Positions 1 through 8,562 of a DNA stretch of 61,176 nucleotides are shown one piece after another. How positions within the stretch are numbered: the stretch's first letter is position 1; each line of letters opens with the position of its first letter. This stretch comes from Candidatus Hodarchaeota archaeon (lineage in GTDB: Archaea > Asgardarchaeota > Lokiarchaeia > Sigyniarchaeales > SOKP01). Made by a program: the position numbers and the translations under genes. Below the pieces are notes generated by a model that saw only the letters and a program-made list of their open reading frames with translations, was not told the DNA's origin and made no database searches. The stretch covers positions 1 to 61,176 of the forward strand of contig JBHLKA010000002.1 of the NCBI GenBank assembly GCA_048887145.1, read 5' to 3'.

Positions 1-100
1 TGACCTATTCAGCCCGCCACTCTCAACCGCGCGAGTGTGTGGCATTCGAAAGAGGATTTAAGGATTCAGGCTTAGAGCGCTATAGGCTTGTGTGAAAAGA
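1..100. ncRNA. Partial GC-rich structured-RNA candidate cut by the window edge (identity unresolved)
   Basis: The first ~100 nt are much more G+C-rich than the AT-rich surroundings and carry no tracked ORF. There is local self-complementarity (ccactc...gagtg(tg)tgg) and a palindromic agcgct flanked by two aggctt copies. No rRNA, tRNA, RNase P or SRP signature could be assigned by eye. Confidence 0.25.
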
Positions 101-343
101 TGGTAATGAGATGTTTTTTAGTAAGAGAAGGAGTGTGTTCCTGTTAGTAATTATTTTTAAAATTCTTATTCAATAGAATTGAATTTATTAATTCTAAAGC
201 TACAATATTTATGAAGGATAGCTGTTTGTCAGGATTTAAATATTTCCCAGAATGCGGGAAAGAATTGGAATCTTACGCTAAATATTGTGATATAGAATTT
301 GGTTTTAAAAACCAAAGAAAAAAATCATAGAAAAATAAATAAA

Positions 344-631
344 TTACAAATAGAATGAAGGTTTAGTGCTCTTTTTGAACATTTTACGTTTAAATAAGAT
401 GTCTTTTTCTGCTATCAACCAGCAGAGAACATCATAAGGAGGCTTAGAAAAAAATATTCTTGCAGCTCTTTTTCTTACTTTTTCTTTTTGAGGCCTTATA
501 AAGTTGAATTGAATAAATAATTCCCTTTCAGCAAGCATCCAACACAAAGTATCATAAGGATGATTTTTTTGGGAAAGAAAATAGGCAGCAGTGTTAATTT
601 GGTTCTTTAAATCATTGGGTACTTCACTCAT
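344..631 (-). CDS. Hypothetical protein with an internal duplication
   Basis: 95-aa ORF. Two copies of a motif occur about 40 aa apart: HPYDTLCWMLAERELF and PPYDVLCWLIAEKDILF. No family was recognised. Confidence 0.4.
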   Translation of the reverse strand: MSEVPNDLKNQINTAAYFLSQKNHPYDTLCWMLAERELFIQFNFIRPQKEKVRKRAARIFFSKPPYDVLCWLIAEKDILFKRKMFKKSTKPSFYL

Positions 632-783
632 TTTTTCAATAAGAAATATGGTAAACCAGCTTAAAAAATTTATTTATCATGAAAAATCTAATTATCAAAG
701 AAAAGATTATTGAATAATATCAAAAATTGAAAAATAGAAAAACCACTCTAATCTTAAATTAGTTATATTCAATTAATAATGGA

Positions 784-1002
784 ATGAAGTATAAAAGTTT
801 AAATCTTCTGAATTTATCTTCGAAAGAGGATATTAGGGAAAGAAATTGTTTTAGGTGTGGAAAGAAGTTAATTTTTGAAGACTTTTTGAAGAATAAAGGA
901 GTAACTGATAAAGAGGAATTTATTAAAATATGGAATAGCAAATATATAGAATTGTTTTGTTGTCGCTGTTACAATCTAAAAATGAAATATAATTCATTTT
1001 AA
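784..1002 (+). CDS. Small Cys-rich hypothetical protein (possible zinc ribbon)
   Basis: 72-aa ORF with CFRCG...CCRC cysteine pairs. It competes with the antisense ORF 759..941, and neither has strong support. Confidence 0.25.
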   Translation: MKYKSLNLLNLSSKEDIRERNCFRCGKKLIFEDFLKNKGVTDKEEFIKIWNSKYIELFCCRCYNLKMKYNSF

Positions 1003-1110
1003 GATATTTTTTTATTCTCAATTGTCTGATATTAATAAAATAGAAAAATAACATTTAATAACACTCGAAAATAAATTATTGATAAATTCTTATAAAAATA
1101 GTGGGTAATA

Positions 1111-1545
1111 ATGCCAAAGTTAGAAAGAAAAATCGAAATAAAAGCTCCTGTTGAAAAGATTTATGGAATATTAGATAATTATATGGGTTTACCAATATGG
1201 AATATTGTAGTAAAAGATATAGAACAACTTGAGCCAAAGAAGTATTTCATTAAATCAAATGTAGGAGATATAATGAATATAGAGATAGAAAATATTCCAA
1301 ATGAGAGAATGACATCTATCCAAGAAGGAAGTCCTATGGAAAAAATTGGATATATCTTTAAACCTATAGGCGATAAGACTGAGGTTACAATATGGACTGA
1401 ATTTGAATTAGAAAATCAAAGAAGCGTTCTTGATATTGCTGCTGACTTATTTTTGAAGAGTTTAAAGGTGTATGTTGATTATATCATGACAGGCGGAAAT
1501 CCTGAAGATTACAAAAAGGATTTTGAAGAGATTAAGAAAGCATGA
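1111..1545 (+). CDS. SRPBCC (START/polyketide cyclase-like) family protein
   Basis: 144 aa. The N-terminus, KIEIKAPVEKIYGILDNYMGLPIWN, and the overall size are typical of SRPBCC ligand-binding domains. Confidence 0.6.
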   Translation: MPKLERKIEIKAPVEKIYGILDNYMGLPIWNIVVKDIEQLEPKKYFIKSNVGDIMNIEIENIPNERMTSIQEGSPMEKIGYIFKPIGDKTEVTIWTEFELENQRSVLDIAADLFLKSLKVYVDYIMTGGNPEDYKKDFEEIKKA

Positions 1546-1984
1546 AGACATCTCCATAAAAAGTTATATTTTAAAACTCTCTTTTATCCAATAAATATTG
1601 GACTCTAAAACTCTAAAATATTAAAAATTTCTTTTTTATTTTAAGAGATAATTTTTAAATTTTTTTAAGATTAAAATGAGGAGCAAAGTAATTATAATAA
1701 AAAGGGAAGATTGGGAAAATTTAAGAGAATTTAGAAAAACACCGTTTAAGAAAAGGTATTTAGAAATAGTAGAGATGTATAAAATTCTAGAAAATGAACT
1801 CAAAACAGCAATTAAAAATTAAATTCTCAAAATAAAAACTGTTTAGATAAATATTTTAATAAAATTTTTATATATAAAAATTTAAAAATTTTAAATTTAC
1901 TATAAAAGCAGTAAAACAATTTTGATAGAGTAATTTTTCTATTCAAAACAGTAATATTCATTTAAGATTTTACGGGGTTGAGTG

Positions 1985-3364
1985 ATGCCGTATTTCCACA
2001 TTAATGGTATAGGATTTAATTGTGGTTATAATAAATTAAACTGTCCTAAAATTCTTAATTCATGTTATGAATGTATTGAAAAGCGCTTATTAACTATGGG
2101 ATTTGAAATTAATCAAGAATTCAAAATCTTTGAAATTGAATCTGATGAAAAGCGCTTAAAAATAGAAAGAGAACAAATATGGCAGAAATTCTTAGATGTT
2201 TTAAATATTAAACACATTATAATTATGGATAAAGACTCGGGCTTACCTATTTTAAATTATACAGTTTCAGGTGTAGAATTAGATCCTGGATTATTAAGTG
2301 GATTTATTCAAGCAAATATAACTTTTTCCGAATCAGAACAAGTATCTCCTAATAACACTAGTTCGTTTGTAGAACAACCTTTTTATGAATTTCAGTATAA
2401 GAGTTTTAATATTTTATTAAGAAATGGAGAATATATTAGGCTCTGTTTAATCCTTGACCATAAAGCCAGTGATAGTATGAGATATCAATTACTTCAATTC
2501 TTAGATGAATTTGAAAGTATTTTTCAAGAAGATTTATTAACTTTTCAAGAGACAGGAACAATTGATTTTGATGAGATGATCGAGTATATTGTTAAATCAT
2601 TCAATGTAAATTTAGTCTTTCCAATGACTCTAGCTCATTCAATTCCGCCCCATGAAATTAATAAGATTAATAGAATTTCGATCCAAAAAGCTATTTATAA
2701 TTTAGCAAAGGAACTTTTGATTTCAAAACCGTTCTTCTTTATAAACAAATTGCTAAATCAAGTAAAAAGCATTGTAAATATTGATGCAGAGATAATTCTT
2801 TTTGAAATAAATAAAATCTTAGAACGAAAAATAATAGTCCCTACTAAGCTTGAAGCAGTATTAGATAAAATTGAAACCAAGCAAGAAGCTAACCATAAAA
2901 AAATTAACGCAATTAAACCCATTTCTTCAATTATCATCACAGATAGCGATCTTGAGCATTTAAAATCAAAGGTGGAATCTATAGATGAATTAACTGCAAA
3001 AAAGTTAATAAAGGAATATATGAAAAAAGGTAAAACTGCAGAAAAGGATCGCGCTTACCAAGTTGCCAATAAAGAATATAATAAAGCACTTTTTATTGCT
3101 AAAGAACTCAAGTTGAAGGATCATATCTATAAGATTTCAAATACAATTTTCGAACTTGATAACACTACGAAAAAAGTCGAATTAGATTTTGCTCTGGAAA
3201 AAGCAGAGAATTACGAAAAAAATAAAGATTTTATCAATAGCATTCATTTCTATCAAAAATCAGTAAAACTACTTGAAAACTTTCTAATTTACAATATAGC
3301 AGATGCAGATTCTCAACTCAAGAAATTAAAAAAGAAAATTATTAAATTAAGAGAAGAAATTTAA
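1985..3364 (+). CDS. Longin/roadblock-like domain protein with an N-terminal Cys cluster and a helical (TPR/MIT-like) C-terminus
   Basis: ORF 1982..3364, with an ATG at 1985 directly after the GTG. The motif IIIMDKDSGLPILNY...DPGLLSGFIQANITF is shared with ORFs 7253..7720 and 48109..48843. The C-terminus has helical repeats, including KAENYEKNKDFINSIHFYQKSVKLLE. Confidence 0.6.
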   Translation: MPYFHINGIGFNCGYNKLNCPKILNSCYECIEKRLLTMGFEINQEFKIFEIESDEKRLKIEREQIWQKFLDVLNIKHIIIMDKDSGLPILNYTVSGVELDPGLLSGFIQANITFSESEQVSPNNTSSFVEQPFYEFQYKSFNILLRNGEYIRLCLILDHKASDSMRYQLLQFLDEFESIFQEDLLTFQETGTIDFDEMIEYIVKSFNVNLVFPMTLAHSIPPHEINKINRISIQKAIYNLAKELLISKPFFFINKLLNQVKSIVNIDAEIILFEINKILERKIIVPTKLEAVLDKIETKQEANHKKINAIKPISSIIITDSDLEHLKSKVESIDELTAKKLIKEYMKKGKTAEKDRAYQVANKEYNKALFIAKELKLKDHIYKISNTIFELDNTTKKVELDFALEKAENYEKNKDFINSIHFYQKSVKLLENFLIYNIADADSQLKKLKKKIIKLREEI

Positions 3365-3438
3365 ATATCTCTCAATACCTATTAACTTGAAAATTTAGTT
3401 ATTATAATAATTTCACTAGTTAAGAAAATGATCTTAAA

Positions 3439-3873
3439 ATGAGTGAAAATTTAGCACAATTTCCAGTAGTTATAAAAATCCCTATCTTATGGGGTTATAT
3501 GGATTCATATCAACATGTAAACAATGTAATTTTTTTTAGATTTTTTGAAAGTGTTAGAATTGCCTATTTTGATAGAATTGGCTTTACCACTTTAAAAAAT
3601 ACTATAGGAATTGGGCCAATATTAGCATCTACAGAATGCAAATATAAAATTCCCTTAAAATATCCAGATAATGTCTCAATAGGAGCAAAAATTACAGAAT
3701 TAGAAGAAGATCGATTTACAATGAAATATATCCTTATAAGCCATCAATTAAATAAATTAGCAGCTGAAGCAAAAGCCATTGTTGTAAGTTATGATTACAA
3801 AAATGACCAGAAAGTATCAATCCCACAGCCGATAAGAAATAAGATTATTGAATTAGAAAAAATTTTTAAATAA
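3439..3873 (+). CDS. Acyl-CoA thioesterase, hotdog fold (YbgC/4HBT-like)
   Basis: 144 aa. The N-terminal pattern ILWGYMDSYQHVNNVIFFRFFESVRIAYF is typical of the 4HBT thioesterase family. Confidence 0.75.
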   Translation: MSENLAQFPVVIKIPILWGYMDSYQHVNNVIFFRFFESVRIAYFDRIGFTTLKNTIGIGPILASTECKYKIPLKYPDNVSIGAKITELEEDRFTMKYILISHQLNKLAAEAKAIVVSYDYKNDQKVSIPQPIRNKIIELEKIFK

Positions 3874-3875
3874 CT

Positions 3876-4661
3876 TTATAATTCATAATAATCGACTCTT
3901 CTATCATTAAATAAATCGTTATATTCATTTAACTTTTTATTTCTTGCATTTTTGACGTCAATTTCTATGAAATCAATGTATTTTTTATCACTTGGAGCTT
4001 GAGAAAGCACTTCGCCATTATATGAGGTAATCTGGCTTGCTCCAGTAAATTTAAAGTTGTCAGACCCTCTCTTTTCTTCACCAATCCTGTTGGATGTAAT
4101 TGCATAGACTCTATTCTCTAAACAACGGATCGTCATAGCTCTCTGGCAATATGGAAGTACTAAATTTGTAGGATGAGTTATTATATCTGCTCCAAGAAGA
4201 GAGAGAGATCGCATAGTTTCTGGAAAAAACCAATCAAAACAAATCATCATACCAATTTTAAATCCTTTAACTTCAAAAATATTTAAAGCCTTATTTCCTG
4301 GTTTAAACCATAATTTTTCTTTATAATAAAGATGTAATTTCCGATAAATTCCAATTATATTTTTATTTAATATCATCAATGCGGAATTATAAATATCATC
4401 TCCAGCTTTTTCTATAAAACCACCAATAATTATCGCACCAGTTCTTTTAGAGATATCTTTTAGAAAGTTAGCAGTTTCCCCATTTTTACCTTCTGCTAAG
4501 TTTTTAGCTTCTCTTCTAGAGATAAATGTATAACCCGTGGCAAAAAGTTCAGGTAAAACAATCAAATCTGCCTTCTTATTAGCTAATAATTCCTCTACTT
4601 GTTCAAAATTTTTACTTTTATTTCCAAATATTGGAGAACTTTGAATATAGCCAATTTTCAT
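3876..4661 (-). CDS. Carbon-nitrogen hydrolase (nitrilase superfamily)
   Basis: 261 aa. Contains LIVLPELFATGY (catalytic Glu), a YRKLHL region (Lys) and MMICFDWFFPE (Cys), which together form the E-K-C triad context. Confidence 0.85.
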   Translation of the reverse strand: MKIGYIQSSPIFGNKSKNFEQVEELLANKKADLIVLPELFATGYTFISRREAKNLAEGKNGETANFLKDISKRTGAIIIGGFIEKAGDDIYNSALMILNKNIIGIYRKLHLYYKEKLWFKPGNKALNIFEVKGFKIGMMICFDWFFPETMRSLSLLGADIITHPTNLVLPYCQRAMTIRCLENRVYAITSNRIGEEKRGSDNFKFTGASQITSYNGEVLSQAPSDKKYIDFIEIDVKNARNKKLNEYNDLFNDRRVDYYEL

Positions 4662-4740
4662 AGGTTTAGTTTATTCATCTTTCGAAATTAATATTATTAT
4701 TAATGTGACCAATTTCATAAATTGCTGTTATAGGGAGACC

Positions 4741-4841
4741 CCTGCCAAAAGGCCAAATAAGTGGCCATAAGCATATAGAAATAAGAATTATAGTGAATTT
4801 TTATTCACCATCAAAAGACAAAAATCCAGTGTATTGGCAGG
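4741..4841. ncRNA. Candidate structured RNA or miniature insertion (three-helix fold)
   Basis: An outer 8-bp helix pairs cctgccaa (4741-4748) with ttggcagg (4834-4841). It encloses the hairpins ggcca-aataag-tggcc (4751-4766) and gtgaat-tttt-attcac (4793-4808). The element sits in a 344-bp intergenic gap, is relatively GC-rich, and is flanked by the direct repeat tataggga (4729-4736 and 4847-4854). Confidence 0.3.
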
Positions 4842-5005
4842 AGCCATATAGGGATTATTATATTAATATATTCTATTTAAAGGATATTAACTCATCGTTT
4901 TATTTAAATAAGAATTTAACGTTATGATCTTGTATTTTTAAATATCTTAACTTTTTTTGGAGTATTGAGAAAAAAAATATCTAAAATAAAATAAGGCAAA
5001 TTATA

Positions 5006-5494
5006 TTGACAAAATGTTTTTTTTGTAAATCGATTATTAATGGAATACCTTATAGATGTAAATATTGTGGTCTAATATTTTGTAGCGAACACAGAATTCC
5101 AGAAAACCATTCATGTTCTTATGACTTAAGAATAGAATTGAATGAGGTTATTTATGAGGATGCCTTAGAATTTATGGACCAAAAATTAACAGTAGCTAAA
5201 ATCTATGAATATGCAACAAAAAATGAGTTGAATAAAGCAGAAGTCATCAAATTATTAAATTATTTTTTAGAAAAAAGTGAAGAAGTGGATGATAGAATAA
5301 ATAGTTTAAGGGCTTTTGAATTGCTTAATCTTAATAATAAGGAAGCTTTTGGAATTCTTGAAAATTGTGTACTCTCAGATGAAAATCCTGAAGTCAGGAA
5401 AACAGCAGTAAAAGTTTTAATTAAAATTTTTCCAATAAAGAGTAAAAAATTATTGAGATGGGCAATTAATCACGATAACCAATTAAACTCATGA
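5006..5494 (+). CDS. AN1-type zinc-finger protein with a HEAT-like C-terminal repeat
   Basis: TTG start. CFFCKS..YRCKYCGLIFCSEHRIPENHSC matches the AN1 C/H pattern. The C-terminal DENPEVRKTAVKVL resembles a HEAT/PBS-lyase repeat. Confidence 0.75.
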   Translation: MTKCFFCKSIINGIPYRCKYCGLIFCSEHRIPENHSCSYDLRIELNEVIYEDALEFMDQKLTVAKIYEYATKNELNKAEVIKLLNYFLEKSEEVDDRINSLRAFELLNLNNKEAFGILENCVLSDENPEVRKTAVKVLIKIFPIKSKKLLRWAINHDNQLNS

Positions 5495-5536
5495 AAAAAT
5501 ATCAAAAAGTAAATAATAAGAGAGGTCAAATCATTT

Positions 5537-6589
5537 ATGGATGAAATGCCATCAGTTTTTTGTAATATGGTAAAACAAGGATACAAAAAAGGTGCATGCG
5601 AGACAAATCTCAAAAATGGTACTAAAGAAGTGGCATGTAGAGGAACTTTAAAATTTGAAAATAATCAGTACTGGAGAGTAATAAAATCAATGCATTTATC
5701 AAGACCAGAAGATTATTTTTCAATTTATCAATCTGGTTGTAATCAAAATTGTCTTAAATGTCATTCATGGGAATTTTCAAAGTATTTCAATGGTGTATGG
5801 TACTCAACAGAACAAATAGCTGAAATTTGTAGAAAATATGAAAAACAGGTCACTCTTCATGAACCTAGAGAGCGGGCTTTGATGTATTATGCCACAGATA
5901 TGTGTAAACACTGTGGTTCATGTATCTTATACAACAAAAAAAGTCCAATATGTCCAAATAAACTATCAAAGGATAAAATTGTTTTAAGTCCTCAAGGATT
6001 TGGACCAGCAAGAAACATTATAGCATTCACAGGTGGAGACATTGCGTGTCAAGCGAAATTTTACGCAGAAGTTTCTCAAAAGATTAAAGAAAAAACTGAA
6101 AATATGTGGATACTTTTAGAAACCAATGGGTATGGACTTACTCCTAAGAATCTTGATATATTTTGCAAATCTGGTTTAGATTCTTATTGGCTTGATATTA
6201 AAGCTTACGATGAGGATATCTATAAAAAATTATGTGGAACTTCAAACAAAACCGTACTTAATAGTCCCAGAGAAATATTAAAAAGAAATTTTATTTTAGA
6301 AATTCTTACAGTATTTATTCCTAACTTGGTGGAAGTCGAACAGTTTGAAAAAATTGCCAGATTAATTGTTGAATTAGATGAAAGGATTCCTTTTCATATT
6401 TTAGCATTTTTTCCACAGTATAAATTAAAAAATTATCGTGAACCTAGATTGTCAGAAATTTTAGAAACTTTCAAGAGAGTAAAGGATATAGGTTTAAAGA
6501 AGGTAAAAATTGGAAATATTGGAGTTATTACAAAAACTGAACAGGAAAAGAAAAAATTAATAGAAGTTGTAGGTCCAGAATCGATTTAG
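5537..6589 (+). CDS. Radical SAM protein (PflA/AmmeMemoRadiSam-like)
   Basis: 350 aa. CNQNCLKCHSW is a CxxxCxxC motif, FTGGDIA is a GGE-like motif, and CKHCGSC is an additional Cys cluster. Confidence 0.7.
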   Translation: MDEMPSVFCNMVKQGYKKGACETNLKNGTKEVACRGTLKFENNQYWRVIKSMHLSRPEDYFSIYQSGCNQNCLKCHSWEFSKYFNGVWYSTEQIAEICRKYEKQVTLHEPRERALMYYATDMCKHCGSCILYNKKSPICPNKLSKDKIVLSPQGFGPARNIIAFTGGDIACQAKFYAEVSQKIKEKTENMWILLETNGYGLTPKNLDIFCKSGLDSYWLDIKAYDEDIYKKLCGTSNKTVLNSPREILKRNFILEILTVFIPNLVEVEQFEKIARLIVELDERIPFHILAFFPQYKLKNYREPRLSEILETFKRVKDIGLKKVKIGNIGVITKTEQEKKKLIEVVGPESI

Positions 6590-6665
6590 TTTACATAATA
6601 AAAATGGGAAAAATGGCGTTTATAAAAAAAATTGATTTAATTATCTTTCTTAGTTTTAATCTCTT

Positions 6666-7097
6666 TCATTGTCCTAAATCTCTCGATATTTCCATTGCTA
6701 AACTAAGAAACTCTCCATAAGTTATTGCATCTTGAAGATTACCCACTATAGAAAGATCTCCAGCCATATAAGCATTAGTAGAGTTAATCTCGCCTTGCAT
6801 CATACCTCCCATGATTTCTTGTTTACAGGATAGAGTGTATGAAGGATCTTCAACTTCTCCTTCCCCATATTCGAATTTCCCGCCACCTAATTTAACCCAG
6901 CATTTAAAATCAGGTTCACTAATTGCAATTTGTGCTGAAAATTCATCGATATCTTCTAATTCATCTCGTAATTCTTCATTTTCCATAGACAATTGTTTGA
7001 CGAATTCATAAATTTTAAGTAAATTCTCAGGTTTTTCAACAACTTTTTTATTGTCATACATATCTTTTATTTCAAGTGCTAATTTTACATCAACCAT
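6666..7097 (-). CDS. SCP2 sterol/lipid-carrier domain protein
   Basis: 143 aa. The C-terminal pattern MGGMMQGEINSTNAYMAGDLSIVGNLQDA is typical of SCP2 domains. Confidence 0.65.
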   Translation of the reverse strand: MVDVKLALEIKDMYDNKKVVEKPENLLKIYEFVKQLSMENEELRDELEDIDEFSAQIAISEPDFKCWVKLGGGKFEYGEGEVEDPSYTLSCKQEIMGGMMQGEINSTNAYMAGDLSIVGNLQDAITYGEFLSLAMEISRDLGQ

Positions 7098-7252
7098 CTA
7101 TTATCTCATCTTTCTTATCAATTTTTTCAATTTTGAATCAAATCTTAAAGATATTAATTAATACTCTTCATGATATATAAAATTATTTTTATACTTGCTT
7201 TAAAAATCACAAATATTGTACTCTCTTATTTTTATTATTTTATTAAAATATA

Positions 7253-7720
7253 TTGGATATAAAATTTACAGATTACAAAGAAATGACTATTGAAATTTTT
7301 AAGTCGGCAGATAAAAGAAGGGAAAATAGATTTTTTGAGAATTTGTGGATAATTGAGAGAAAATCTGGTATTTGTCTTTTTCATAAAAGTTTTAGATATC
7401 TTAAAAATAAAAGCCTCTCTGTTGATTTAATATGTGGATTCCTCTCAGCAATTGCTATGCTTGCTTCTGAGGCTTTTGCAGAAGATATTAGGTATATTAA
7501 ATTATCAAATAGCAAATTATACTTTCAATATACCGCCAATTTCTTATTTATATTATCCGTCCAAAATGAAACTCTATTAAATCCTTATAAAATTAAAACT
7601 CTAATCAATAATATTTCAGATTTGTTCGTATTTTATTATGATAAAGATTTCGAAAGTTGGGACAGAGACATTCATAAATTTAAAGCTTTTACTAAATATT
7701 TAGAAAATTTAAATTATTAA
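7253..7720 (+). CDS. Longin/roadblock-like domain protein (putative small-GTPase partner)
   Basis: 155 aa, TTG start. LWIIERKSGICLFHKSF...DLICGFLSAIAMLASEAF is the same motif seen in ORFs 1985..3364 and 48109..48843. The gene lies 120 bp upstream of, and co-oriented with, a small GTPase gene. Confidence 0.55.
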   Translation: MDIKFTDYKEMTIEIFKSADKRRENRFFENLWIIERKSGICLFHKSFRYLKNKSLSVDLICGFLSAIAMLASEAFAEDIRYIKLSNSKLYFQYTANFLFILSVQNETLLNPYKIKTLINNISDLFVFYYDKDFESWDRDIHKFKAFTKYLENLNY

Positions 7721-7840
7721 ATTTTATTTTGTTCTAATATTACAAAAACTATACTTTAATCGAATTTTTTATATCTAAAATTACATAGATAACATTATTA
7801 ATTGAACATTAAATAAACTAGTTGTAGTTGTGTTTAAATT

Positions 7841-8359
7841 ATGTCCAAGCCAAAAGTTTGGAAAACAATAATCGCGGGAGATGGAGGGGTAGGAAAGACC
7901 TCATTTTTGAATCGATTAGTCTATGATTTTTTTAGTGATGGTAGTGAATTGACGCGAGGCGTTGATTTTTATTCAAAAATAACACAAATCAATGGTACAG
8001 AATTTAATTTTATTATGTGGGATTTTGCTGGTCAACACCAATTTAAAAAAATACTGGATGATTTCGTTGATGGTTCAATAGCAGCGTTTATCCTATTTGA
8101 TCTTACTCGAATTAATACTCTAGAAAGTGTTTATGAATGGATAAATAAGTTAAAAGCTTTTGGAAGAATTCCAATTATAATATTAGGAACAAAGTATGAT
8201 TTAATAGATCCTAATACCTGTTTTTCATTGGATGATTACATTTCAGATATTATTGCTTGTTATGAAAATGTAATTGAATATTTGAAGATCTCATCTAAGA
8301 CAGGATTCAATGTAGATCAAGCATTTGATTTGTTGATTAAGAAATTAAGTAATTTTTAA
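7841..8359 (+). CDS. Ras/Rab-like small GTPase
   Basis: 172 aa. G1 is GDGGVGKTS, G3 is WDFAGQ, G4 is GTKYD and G5 is SSKTG. Confidence 0.85.
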   Translation: MSKPKVWKTIIAGDGGVGKTSFLNRLVYDFFSDGSELTRGVDFYSKITQINGTEFNFIMWDFAGQHQFKKILDDFVDGSIAAFILFDLTRINTLESVYEWINKLKAFGRIPIIILGTKYDLIDPNTCFSLDDYISDIIACYENVIEYLKISSKTGFNVDQAFDLLIKKLSNF

Positions 8360-8562
8360 AAAAAAAAGAATTATTTGAAAATTTATATCAAAACGGGTTT
8401 ACATCAAAGCAAATTGTAAGAAAGATATTTAGAAAAGAAAGTATATTTAAAATAATGACGGTGGAGATATATCAAGAGAAAATTTAGTAAGATCCTTATT
8501 AAAATTACCCCCTCTCAAAAAAAGGAAATATCGGAAAATAGAAAAAAAAGACTTAGTCTAAA

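Noticed and set aside
759-941. 60-aa minus-strand ORF overlapping ORF 784..1002
   Set aside because: The two ORFs exclude each other. The plus-strand ORF at least has paired CxxC motifs. Neither is strongly supported, and the minus-strand ORF has no features at all.
1676-1822. 48-codon ORF (MRSKVIIIKREDWENLREFRKTPFKKRYLEIVEMYKILENELKTAIKN) in the 1546-1981 spacer
   Set aside because: No motif, no obvious ribosome-binding site and no supporting context were seen. In AT-rich DNA an ORF of this size is not compelling on its own.
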